In this document: positions 36,996-45,566 of the stretch, in pieces
Position numbering within the stretch: position 1 is the stretch's first letter
Layout: every line of letters begins with the position of its first letter
From: an uncultured Roseibacillus sp.
GTDB taxonomy: Bacteria > Verrucomicrobiota > Verrucomicrobiia > Verrucomicrobiales > Akkermansiaceae
NCBI GenBank assembly: GCA_964444495.1
Contig: CAYUHN010000001.1
Coordinates: forward strand, 1,834 to 65,833
DNA: 64,000 nt
Reading direction: 5' to 3'
Position numbers and translations under genes: made by a program
Notes under the pieces: model-generated
Database searches by the model: none
Seen by the model: only the letters and a program-made list of their open reading frames with translations
What the model was told of the DNA's origin: nothing

Positions 36996-38711
36996 TTAGG
37001 CGGCGGCCAATTGGTCCTCGGGTTGCTCCTTTGCTTTGGGAGCAAAAAATCCGAACCATGCGAGATAAAGATAACCGAGAAGAACGATTCCGAGTGAAGC
37101 TCTGATTCCAAAACTATCGGTGAGCCATCCTTGGCCAAGAGGCATGAGCGCTCCACCTACAATCATCATCACAAGAAGAGAACTTCCCTGACTGGTATCT
37201 TTACCCAAGCCTTTAATGGAAAGGCTGAAGATGTTAGACCACATGATCGAGTTGAAGAGGCCGATTCCTAGAATTGACCAAAGGGCAAAGTTGTCCTTGG
37301 TGCACATGGAGAAAATTGTGAGGGCTGCAGCGACAATAGCGAAAATTCCGACCATACGGCCGGCACTTGATTGACCCAGTTTGAAGAAGACAAAGTTGAG
37401 AACAATCAATCCAATGAAAGGGAGAATATCGAGGGGGTTAATATGCTCGTTGACACTCAACTTCTGCTTGAATGTGGCGCAAGCGTAGATGATGAGGGTT
37501 GAGAGAACTGCCGCAACGATCATTGCAGGGAATTTCTTTGACTGCTTCATCTCACCAAGAGAAATCGCACCTAGAAGGCGTCCTATCATGACACCTCCCC
37601 AACAGAATGAGAGATATTTATCGGCCTCTTTTTCGGGTAAGTTGGCAACGGAGGGGTGTCCAAGGTAATTGACAAGAATATTTCCAATTGTGACCTCACT
37701 ACCAACATAAAAGAAAATTGCGAGACAACCCCAGACAAAGTGTTTGTGTTTGAAGACTGAGATTCCAGGTTCGATGACCCCACTTTGAGTGAAAGTTGGG
37801 AGGGAGATGAACTTGAAGATGATGGCCACCAGAAAGAACAGTACTGCGAGCCCAAGATAGGGAGCTTTCAGAGTATTGAGCTCTGCGAGTTGAAGGGGAC
37901 GAACGACTTTATCAATGTTTTCGAAAGATTCTTTCAAAGCTGGAGTCATTGCATCTTTTTCAGTTACTGCGGCAAGAATCGTTTTTGCTTTCCCACGAAG
38001 GCTAGAGGCCTCTTCCATTTTGAGGCCTGCGTTCGAGGCTGCAGCTAATGTTTCTTGGCTTTCACCGATAGTCTTTTTGATATCATCACCGAGTACCTCG
38101 ATTTTTGAGGATTCTTCCATGAACTTGCCGACATGTAGGATTGTTTCGGTTGCGATGGATTCTTCTACCTTTGGAGAATCAAACACTTCGGAGCCGAAGA
38201 TAAGAATCCCGCCAATAAATGGTGCGATAACGTAGCCAAGAGAATTGAATCCTTGGGCAAGATTAAGCCGCGAGGTTCCACTTTTTTCAGGGCCGAGGAT
38301 GGTGACGTAGGGGTTGGCCGCTATCTGAATAATAGTCACTCCGGCGCCCAAGACGCCCAAAGCAAAGAGGAAAAAGGGGAACTGTGCAGTTTGAGCCGCA
38401 GGATAGAATAGAGCGCATCCGATTCCGGCGACAACGAGGCCAAGAATGAGCCCGTTTTTATACCCGATTTTATTGATAGGATCTCCCTTGGTGCTGGAAA
38501 TGATGAAATAGACGAGGGAGATCAAGAAATAAGCCCCAAAAAATGCAAATTGAACCGTATTCGCCTGAAACTGATTGAGATCGAAATCAGTTTTAAACTT
38601 CGGAGTGAGCAGGTCATTCAAGCAGGTTATAAATCCCCACATAAAGAAGAGGGATGTGACCGTTGCGAAGGCAAAGCGGAAGTTGGACGAAGCCGTGTTG
38701 CTATTGGACAT
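36996..38711 (-). CDS. MFS sugar transporter (FucP / glucose-galactose GluP-like) with enlarged central loop
   Basis: LFFMWGFITCLNDLLTPKFK is the characteristic N-terminal motif of FucP/GluP-type MFS. It has 12 or so hydrophobic helices and a roughly 110-aa hydrophilic insert at residues about 174-283. Confidence 0.85.
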   Translation of the reverse strand: MSNSNTASSNFRFAFATVTSLFFMWGFITCLNDLLTPKFKTDFDLNQFQANTVQFAFFGAYFLISLVYFIISSTKGDPINKIGYKNGLILGLVVAGIGCALFYPAAQTAQFPFFLFALGVLGAGVTIIQIAANPYVTILGPEKSGTSRLNLAQGFNSLGYVIAPFIGGILIFGSEVFDSPKVEESIATETILHVGKFMEESSKIEVLGDDIKKTIGESQETLAAASNAGLKMEEASSLRGKAKTILAAVTEKDAMTPALKESFENIDKVVRPLQLAELNTLKAPYLGLAVLFFLVAIIFKFISLPTFTQSGVIEPGISVFKHKHFVWGCLAIFFYVGSEVTIGNILVNYLGHPSVANLPEKEADKYLSFCWGGVMIGRLLGAISLGEMKQSKKFPAMIVAAVLSTLIIYACATFKQKLSVNEHINPLDILPFIGLIVLNFVFFKLGQSSAGRMVGIFAIVAAALTIFSMCTKDNFALWSILGIGLFNSIMWSNIFSLSIKGLGKDTSQGSSLLVMMIVGGALMPLGQGWLTDSFGIRASLGIVLLGYLYLAWFGFFAPKAKEQPEDQLAAA

Positions 38712-38890
38712 ATGGAATTTTCGTGAAGGTCTTTGAAGATCGAGCGACGGATCGCGACGATTACTCTTCGTCGAAGAGACTGAAGAATGTCTTTTGGGGT
38801 GGCAAGGTCGAAGATGAGATTGCCGAACATTGCGAAAACTCTGATGCTTTCTTGTTTCGAATAGAGAGGACTGTTACTCTTGGGTCTGTG

Positions 38891-40966
38891 ATGAGGAGTG
38901 CAATTTTTGTATTTTTTGTGTGGTTCGGAATTTTGGACGTTCGAGGAGAACGGGAGACCTTTGCTGATTATCTTCCCAAAGATTGCGCCGTCTTTCTGGA
39001 GGTCTACAGCGAGAATGGGTTCGAGCCACCTGAAGAGATTTCCGAAGCTTTTGACGAGGCTGTTGAGAATGCAGAGGATTACTTAGAGGAAGAAAATCCG
39101 CTAGAGGCGATCCAAGATGAGATCGAGTTGCCAGAGGTTGATGGTAATTTTGATATCTCGTCCCTTGGGAGTCATGTTTGTCTAGCTATTGGAGGAGAAG
39201 CTAATGGCTTCGGGCGTGAGCTGATCGAAACTTATCAAAGCTTGCAAGCAACGATAGTGAGAGCTTTGGCTGAGGGATTCAGGGAAAATGGAACAGAGGA
39301 AGTTGAAGATCCTTGGGCTTATTTTACGGAAGAACAGGTGCTCGAATTGATTGAAGCGACAGTAGAAGATGGGGTTTTACGGGTTCCTTCCTTCTACTTT
39401 GCTTTTCGTCCGAAGCCTGGGGCGAAGAATGAAATGTTTGCGAAGGCTAAGAGAGAATGGGAAGAGAAGATTGAAGAGGGCATGACTATGGTGACCTTGG
39501 AAGGAAGTCCTTACGAAGGATTTGGGGTGCAGTATGAGAATGAATTTTTTTCCGATATTGCGGAAAATCTTACAGGAGAGGAAGAGGTCTCAGAAGAGCT
39601 TATTGAGCTGAAAGAGAGTCTCGAAGAGGCGCTTAAGGGCTTTCACTTTACGATACTGCTCGTAGAAGTTGATGGCTGGGTGGTTACGTACTGTGGGAAT
39701 GGTGTGGAGAGATTCAATTTGTTGGAGGATAAGGGGCTGAGCGTCTCTAGTGACGAGAGTTTTCGCCGTCTTATGGAGACGGCCGATGATAAGAAAATTT
39801 CGGTAGTATGGCGTGTTTCGGAATCTATGCAGGAAATGGTGCCAGCGTTACTGGATGATTCGCAGCTTTTTCAGGCACTTGGTGAATCTCTTGCAGGCGA
39901 GGAATTCTTTCCGATGCAGAAAGATCTGTCCAAGGCTGCTTCTCGGCTAGCTCCGATCCGAAAATCGATCGCAGAGTTAGAGCTTACGGGGCCGTGGTAC
40001 GGTCTGGGTTACTGGGAAAAAGGTCTGCGACTGGAAATGGAAGGAGGATTGAAGCGACCTTGGTTGGACTATGAGACTTCTTGGGCTCTTGGAGCGGTTG
40101 CGAAAGATTTTTCGCCGGTAGTGAGGGCCCATTCTGTTATTGATCCGAGATGGCAAGGATTAGTCTACGATCAGAGTGCAGTGTTCGTGGAGTTACTTTC
40201 GGATGCGATTAAGACCTTCTATATGGATGGAATGCTACCTGTGTCCGACGAGCTTATTAGGGACTCGGCTGTGGGGTGGTTGGAGACGATGCAAGAGCAG
40301 AGTCGGGCTCTTACGATGGAAGGTCTTGGGGGAGAGCGGGCCTTAATCGTTGATCTGAATGGGAAGGTTCCTCCCTTGCCGAAGATTCCTTATAATGTTA
40401 AGGAAGAGGGTAAGTTTCCTCGTTTGCTTTATGCTCAAGGAGTGAATGATATGAGTCAGGTGCTCATGAGTCGAAAAAAAATATGGGATGATACGGTTTC
40501 GCTCGTAAATAAAATTACAAGAGAGATGGAGCAAACAGTTCCACTGCCGAGCTTGATATCCAGTGAGGAGGCAGGGTTGAAATTTTCTCTCATGATGCAC
40601 CCGTTTGCGGACGAGGATTTTTTTTTACATTCTGCGGCAAATGAGCAAATGGCTTACTTTGGAACTTCGAAGAATTTAACTAAAGAGTTTGAAGAGAAGC
40701 GGGCAGTTTTAGATGGGGTGCAACAGGCGGGTTCATTCTTTGAATTTGATATTAAGCAGTTTATAGATTACACTCTCCACTTAAATGAGATTTCAGATTC
40801 GGCGGTCTTGCCTTTGGGACAGGCAGAGCGAGGGTTAGACGAAGCAGGGATCGATTTGGGAGAGGACTTGAGCGAGTGGTTTGGACGTTTTGGGAAGATG
40901 ACCTGGTATCAGCGGATGGAGGATGAGGTGCTGAAAACTTCTTTCCGCTTTGATTGGGCGGAGTAA
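38891..40966 (+). CDS. acidic secreted hypothetical protein (691 aa)
   Basis: Start moved to ATG 38891 (MRSAIFVFFVWFGILDVRGE signal-like). It is Glu-rich with no recognised motif. It lies 64 nt upstream of the NfeD-like gene. Confidence 0.6.
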   Translation: MRSAIFVFFVWFGILDVRGERETFADYLPKDCAVFLEVYSENGFEPPEEISEAFDEAVENAEDYLEEENPLEAIQDEIELPEVDGNFDISSLGSHVCLAIGGEANGFGRELIETYQSLQATIVRALAEGFRENGTEEVEDPWAYFTEEQVLELIEATVEDGVLRVPSFYFAFRPKPGAKNEMFAKAKREWEEKIEEGMTMVTLEGSPYEGFGVQYENEFFSDIAENLTGEEEVSEELIELKESLEEALKGFHFTILLVEVDGWVVTYCGNGVERFNLLEDKGLSVSSDESFRRLMETADDKKISVVWRVSESMQEMVPALLDDSQLFQALGESLAGEEFFPMQKDLSKAASRLAPIRKSIAELELTGPWYGLGYWEKGLRLEMEGGLKRPWLDYETSWALGAVAKDFSPVVRAHSVIDPRWQGLVYDQSAVFVELLSDAIKTFYMDGMLPVSDELIRDSAVGWLETMQEQSRALTMEGLGGERALIVDLNGKVPPLPKIPYNVKEEGKFPRLLYAQGVNDMSQVLMSRKKIWDDTVSLVNKITREMEQTVPLPSLISSEEAGLKFSLMMHPFADEDFFLHSAANEQMAYFGTSKNLTKEFEEKRAVLDGVQQAGSFFEFDIKQFIDYTLHLNEISDSAVLPLGQAERGLDEAGIDLGEDLSEWFGRFGKMTWYQRMEDEVLKTSFRFDWAE

Positions 40967-41030
40967 GGTAATCGTTTCTAACCGCGAAGACTGGCTTCAC
41001 GTATGTGTGAAAATATGCTAGGGTCTCGGC

Positions 41031-42545
41031 ATGATGAATTGTCGAGGTTTTTGGCTCAATCGTTGGAGATTGGTGCTGTTTGTTTGTTTGGGGGTGTTTG
41101 GCATAGCTTCGCCTCTTCTGGCGGTTGAGAGTGAGGAGAAAGATGTTCGCGCTTTTGGGAAATCTCGAGAGGAAAGCTATCGAGATAAGGTGGTGGTGGT
41201 AAAGGTGGGGCGAAACGAGCTTTCTAGTCGGAAGGCATTTAAGTTTTTTCGCCGTACATTGGAACGAGTAGAAAATGAGAAGGCTGCAGCCGTGGTTTTT
41301 GAATTGGATACTCCGGGAGGGCTGGCTCATGAGACGACAGAGCTAATGGTTGATGACTTAGCGGTATTGTCTGTGCCTTCTTTTTCTTATGTGAATAACG
41401 AGGCTAGTTCTGCAGGTGCCTTAATCGCAGTGTCGACAGACAAAATTTATATGTCAGAGCTATCAACTATCGGTTCGGCTGCAGTTGTGAATGGCACGGG
41501 TGAGGAGATCGAGAAGGTGATGCGAGCTAAGATTGAAGGGCATCTCGGTTCGGTTGTGCGCAATGTGGCTGAGAAAAAAGGCCATAACTATGAGGTGGTT
41601 GAGGCGATGATGATGATGGATAAAGAAGTGGACTTTGAGGTGACGTCGGTGGGGAAAGACGAGCTTCTAAATTTAACCGCACAAGAAGCGATTGCGGATT
41701 ACAAAGGGAAGCCTTTGCTAGCAGTGGGGATCGTAGGATCTATAGAAGAAATTTTAGAAAAAGAGGGCTTGGGGGATAAAGAGGTGCTCGAAGCCGAGCC
41801 GACTGGATTTGAGCGTTTTGCGAGTTGGATTGAGCGTTTTGGAGGGCTGATACTACTTGTTGGGTTTGCTGCGGGTTACATTGAAATGAAGACCCCCGGA
41901 TTTGGTCTGGGAGCATTACTCGCAGTGATTGCTTTTGGGGTTTTCTTCTTTGGGAATTCGGTGGCAGGTAATTTGGCGGGATATGAGCACGTGGTGATTT
42001 TTGTGTTGGGAATTGGTTTGGTGCTGTTAGATGTATTTATTTTGCCGGGAACGTTTATCCTAGGAACAGTAGGAGCTTTGATGGCGGTGGGTTCGCTCTT
42101 TTTTGCAATGGTCGACGAAGTGAGTTGGAAAAGTTGGCAGTTCGAAGGAGCTTCCGTGAATCTTGGGGATGCTCTCTTAAATCCTGCTATTACTCTGACT
42201 TGGGCCTTTATTGGGGCCACGGTGCTATTTGCTTTGATGCTACGCTTTTTTCCCGAAATTCCATTTTTCCAACGTTTCTTATTACCAGCGTCTTTGGAGA
42301 AAGGAACGGGTATGGTTACGGCTGAAGGGACCGCTTCGGGGGGGAGCGCTCTTTCTGAAGAAAATCTGAAGGTCGGGGCTTTGGGAAAGGCGGTCACGGA
42401 TCTACGTCCTGCCGGATTAGCAAATTTTGGAGGGACGCAAGTCGACGTCACTGCCGATAATGCCTTTGTTTCAGAAGGAGCTCAGTTGGAAATCGTCTCA
42501 GCTGATAGCTTCCGCGTAGTGGTGAAGGTTGTGGAGCTAGCTTAA
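41031..42545 (+). CDS. NfeD-family membrane-bound ClpP-class serine protease
   Basis: S49/ClpP-like domain (VVFELDTPGGL, ASSAGALIAVSTDKIYM), a central block of TM helices, and a C-terminal NfeD OB-fold (LGKAVTDLRPAGLANFGGTQVDVTADNAFVSEGAQLEIV). Confidence 0.8.
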   Translation: MMNCRGFWLNRWRLVLFVCLGVFGIASPLLAVESEEKDVRAFGKSREESYRDKVVVVKVGRNELSSRKAFKFFRRTLERVENEKAAAVVFELDTPGGLAHETTELMVDDLAVLSVPSFSYVNNEASSAGALIAVSTDKIYMSELSTIGSAAVVNGTGEEIEKVMRAKIEGHLGSVVRNVAEKKGHNYEVVEAMMMMDKEVDFEVTSVGKDELLNLTAQEAIADYKGKPLLAVGIVGSIEEILEKEGLGDKEVLEAEPTGFERFASWIERFGGLILLVGFAAGYIEMKTPGFGLGALLAVIAFGVFFFGNSVAGNLAGYEHVVIFVLGIGLVLLDVFILPGTFILGTVGALMAVGSLFFAMVDEVSWKSWQFEGASVNLGDALLNPAITLTWAFIGATVLFALMLRFFPEIPFFQRFLLPASLEKGTGMVTAEGTASGGSALSEENLKVGALGKAVTDLRPAGLANFGGTQVDVTADNAFVSEGAQLEIVSADSFRVVVKVVELA

Positions 42546-42652
42546 CCTAATTTGGTCAATTTTACTCACTTTTTAGCCGGCATTTTCACCATCACTTGGT
42601 CAGTAAAGAAAAGCGTCAAAGGGGCTTTCGCGGACTCAACTCCGTGTGCGAT

Positions 42653-44062
42653 CTACAATCCCGGGAGTTGTAGGTAATTACGGCAATTTTGGTAGCAGAG
42701 GTTTGAGATGAGAGAATTGAGGAGTGTTTCGTCGTTAGGGAGTTCGCCATTTTCGACCTCCTGTCCGATGAGGTTGCAGAGGATACGACGAAAGTACTCG
42801 TGTCTCGGATAGGATAGGAAGCTGCGGCTATCGGTGAGGAACCCGAGGAAGTGGGAGAGGAGGCCGAGGGAGGAAAGGGCGTCGAGGTGAGCGAGGATGC
42901 CTTGTTTGGTATCATTAAACCACCAAGCGGCTCCGAATTGGATTTTTCCAGGAGTTGGAGCTTCGCAGAAGGAGCCAGTGGCAGCAGCGAAGAAAGGGTT
43001 TTCGCGCGGGTTTAGGGTATAAAGAATAGTTTTTGGAAGCTTTTCTTCTCGATCAAGAAGGTCGAGAAAGGAGAGGAGGTCTCCCTGAGATGCATTGCCA
43101 ATCGTATCGTAACCACTATCTGGGCCGAGCTCTTGGAAGCGACGAGTATTGGGGTTGCGATGAGGATTGAGGTGGAGCTGCATTGTCCACTTACGTTCCG
43201 CGTTCCAGCTTCCGACATGCTGCATGATGAGGGCTGCGAAGGCGGCTTGTTCGGTGGGTGAAGCCGCTTGACCTGCGAGGGCTCGAGTGAGAATCGTGTC
43301 GGCTTCTGCGTGAGAGCAGGGGTGGCCATGAATGGAGTTGAGGCCGTGGTCAGAGAGGCGGCATTGGCCTTCGTGAAAGGTGTCGTGGCTTTTTTTGAGT
43401 TCGCCAAGGAGTTCATCTACAGTAGATATCGTTGTTCCTTGTTGGGTCGAGAAGGCATTGAGCCAGTCTTGAAAAAATTGAGGCCGGTCAACGGCGAGGG
43501 CTTTGTCGGGTCGAAAAGTGGGGAAAATCTTGGTTGGGTGATCGCTGCTGTTGTGAGCTGCGTGATGTTCAAGAGTGTCGGTAGGATCATCTGTAGTTCC
43601 TACCGCGTTGACTTTAAATTTTTTGAGGAGTCCTTGAGCTGAAAAGTCTTCTTCTTGGATACGAGCATTTGCTTGTTCCCAAATTTCATCAGCGGTCTCG
43701 GGTGAGAGAAGGGTATCAATTCCAAAGGCTCGATTGAGCTCCAGATGAGTCCAATCGTAGAGTGGATTTCGGAGAGTGTGGGGGACGGTTGCGGCCCAAG
43801 CGTCGAATTTTTCGCGGTCGCTAGCATCGCCAGTGATATGGCTCTCAGGGATGCCGTTTGCGCGCATGGCACGCCATTTGTAGTGGTCGTGAGTAAGCCA
43901 GACTTCGGTGATGTTTTTCCAGCGGTGGTCGTTGCGGACTTCTACGGGAGGGAGGTGAGTATGATAGTCGAGAATAGGCTCTTTGGCTGCAACTTCGTGA
44001 TAGAGGCGTTGAGCAGTGGGGGAGAGGAGGAGAAAGTCTTGGTCGAGATAGGCCATATCCAA
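42653..44062 (-). CDS. uxaC: glucuronate isomerase
   Basis: N-terminus YLDQDFLLLSPTAQRLYHEVAAKEPILDYHTHLPP (compare E. coli UxaC EDFLL...RLYH...PIFDYHCHLPP). About 469 aa. Confidence 0.93.
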   Translation of the reverse strand: MDMAYLDQDFLLLSPTAQRLYHEVAAKEPILDYHTHLPPVEVRNDHRWKNITEVWLTHDHYKWRAMRANGIPESHITGDASDREKFDAWAATVPHTLRNPLYDWTHLELNRAFGIDTLLSPETADEIWEQANARIQEEDFSAQGLLKKFKVNAVGTTDDPTDTLEHHAAHNSSDHPTKIFPTFRPDKALAVDRPQFFQDWLNAFSTQQGTTISTVDELLGELKKSHDTFHEGQCRLSDHGLNSIHGHPCSHAEADTILTRALAGQAASPTEQAAFAALIMQHVGSWNAERKWTMQLHLNPHRNPNTRRFQELGPDSGYDTIGNASQGDLLSFLDLLDREEKLPKTILYTLNPRENPFFAAATGSFCEAPTPGKIQFGAAWWFNDTKQGILAHLDALSSLGLLSHFLGFLTDSRSFLSYPRHEYFRRILCNLIGQEVENGELPNDETLLNSLISNLCYQNCRNYLQLPGL

Positions 44063-44138
44063 GAATGGAGCGGGAATTTATCTACTGACAAGAGGAAAGG
44101 AGAGGAAGCTTGTGGGAGAGCTGTCGAGAGCCTCTTTT

Positions 44139-44723
44139 TTAGAAGACGAGTCCACTATCTGGCCCTAATAAGGTAGAGGCATTGACCGAAGAGGTGCCGA
44201 GCAGGAGGGTGGTGTAGACGTAATCTCCTCGCTGCACGACCGAAATCCCCTGATGAGCGAAACGTCCTTCCATGTTCCGCTTGTGGCCTGAGGAATTGAT
44301 CCAAGATTCTACGATTTGAGCACCAGTTAAAGGGAGGTTAATCGATTCATGGACATTTTCTGCTACTCCGTTGAGCCCGTAGCGTTGGGAGGCAGAGCGT
44401 TGACGACCGCGGAGCCCATCGTGACTAGCTTTGAGTTTACGGGTCATGGCGCGCGAATGATCAGCCGCGAGTTCATCGAGCCCTGAGTGAACTTGAAGAG
44501 AAGAAAGACCGACACTAGCACGATAGCGATTCACGGCGACGCGAATCTCTGCCTCTACTTTTGCATTAGAGGAGGTTGGTCCTTCGGAGCTGTAGAGAGC
44601 GGACTGGGGGTTGGAGGTGTTTCCGCAAGAGTTGAGGAAGATGAGGAGGACAGCGAGGAGGAGAGATAGGGGGCTTTTCACGAGGTGGGATAAGCTTAAC
44701 AGCAGCCTGACCCAGGTGCGCAA
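44139..44723 (-). CDS. CAP / SCP / PR1-like domain lipoprotein
   Basis: Lipobox FLNSC. AVNRYRASVGLSSLQVHSGLDELAADHSRAM ... WINSSGHKRNM is typical of bacterial CAP (YkwD-like) domains. The annotated start overlaps the upstream gene by 28 nt, so the true start may be further in. Confidence 0.72.
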   Translation of the reverse strand: MRTWVRLLLSLSHLVKSPLSLLLAVLLIFLNSCGNTSNPQSALYSSEGPTSSNAKVEAEIRVAVNRYRASVGLSSLQVHSGLDELAADHSRAMTRKLKASHDGLRGRQRSASQRYGLNGVAENVHESINLPLTGAQIVESWINSSGHKRNMEGRFAHQGISVVQRGDYVYTTLLLGTSSVNASTLLGPDSGLVF

Positions 44724-45151
44724 GCATCATTCTCTGGAGTGATTCCACAAACGTCTTTGGCGAGGCAATCGGTGTTTCGGTGTTCGAAGCGAAGAATGAC
44801 TTTTCCTCCTTCGGCTTTGGCTTCTATGAGGGGAAGGAGCGTGAGGCCAGGCATCATGTATTCGATTTCGATGGGGAGAGCTTCTGTGGGTAGGACGGGT
44901 GCTCCGTGAACGAGAATATTGGCGAGCGTGGTGGAGTTGACGCGATGCTCGACATCGTTAGCGACCCAAATTTGCAGAAGGCATTTCTCCTCGTGGCGGA
45001 TGGTGCCTCCGCAGTCGATGAAGTCCTTTTTCGAAAAAGCGACTTCGGTGACATGGAAGTGAGGAGGAACGGTTTCGCCGTTCGGAAGTTGAAGCTCGAG
45101 GGGAAGGTCAGGGTGTTGGTTGAGGAGTTTTTTCAGTTCGGAGACGGTCAT
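44696..45151 (-). CDS. DUF6428-like protein
   Basis: LPNGETVPPHFHVTEV ... FIDCGGTIRHEEKCLLQIWVANDVEHRV resembles DUF6428 (family recalled from memory). Confidence 0.55.
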   Translation of the reverse strand: MTVSELKKLLNQHPDLPLELQLPNGETVPPHFHVTEVAFSKKDFIDCGGTIRHEEKCLLQIWVANDVEHRVNSTTLANILVHGAPVLPTEALPIEIEYMMPGLTLLPLIEAKAEGGKVILRFEHRNTDCLAKDVCGITPENDACAPGSGCC

Positions 45152-45339
45152 GATTTGCTGTATGGTTTAAAAGTTTCGTAAACACCAAGAAGAAAAGCGC
45201 CTATGAGTACTAAATAGTAAAGAAGAAGAACTCCCAGACAGACACAGAGCATTGGAATCACTATTTTACTGAGGTCGATGAGTGTTATTAGGAAGAAAAG
45301 CGAGCAGCAAAAAATAACGACAAAGGCGAAGAGTCTCAA
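45148..45339 (-). CDS. small two-TM membrane protein (start uncertain)
   Basis: The hydrophobic 63-aa ORF ends in an ATGA overlap with the DUF6428-like gene start, suggesting translational coupling. It has no in-frame ATG (TTG start in the track). The frame stays open upstream to about 45420. Confidence 0.4.
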   Translation of the reverse strand: MRLFAFVVIFCCSLFFLITLIDLSKIVIPMLCVCLGVLLLYYLVLIGAFLLGVYETFKPYSKS

Positions 45340-45566
45340 AGGGAGTGGCCATTTGTATGGATCAAAAGGTCCTAGTCTATGAAAATGAGATGGTTTCCCC
45401 TTTGATGAGCATAGGAAGATTCAGGATCAATTGCTAGGATCTCGTAGCTAAGTGGGAGGACCTCCTCCCACCTCCTCAAATTCATAAGGGTGGAGAGGTG
45501 TTTTTGTAGTCTCGCGCTTTCTTCATTCATGAACAACTCCTAAGGAGTAGAATTTAGGTGGTGGGT

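Noticed and set aside
40761-42451. Minus-strand ORFs of 189 aa (40761..41330) and 191 aa (41876..42451)
   Set aside because: They are antisense to the 691-aa gene end, the intergenic region and the NfeD gene. They are Pro/Ser/Thr/Lys-rich with low information and no motifs.
45452-45471. Perfect 8-bp GC-rich hairpin about 95 nt downstream of leuS as its intrinsic terminator
   Set aside because: On the minus strand it is not followed by a T tract, so I cannot support a rho-independent terminator call. It is noted only within the split-ORF finding.
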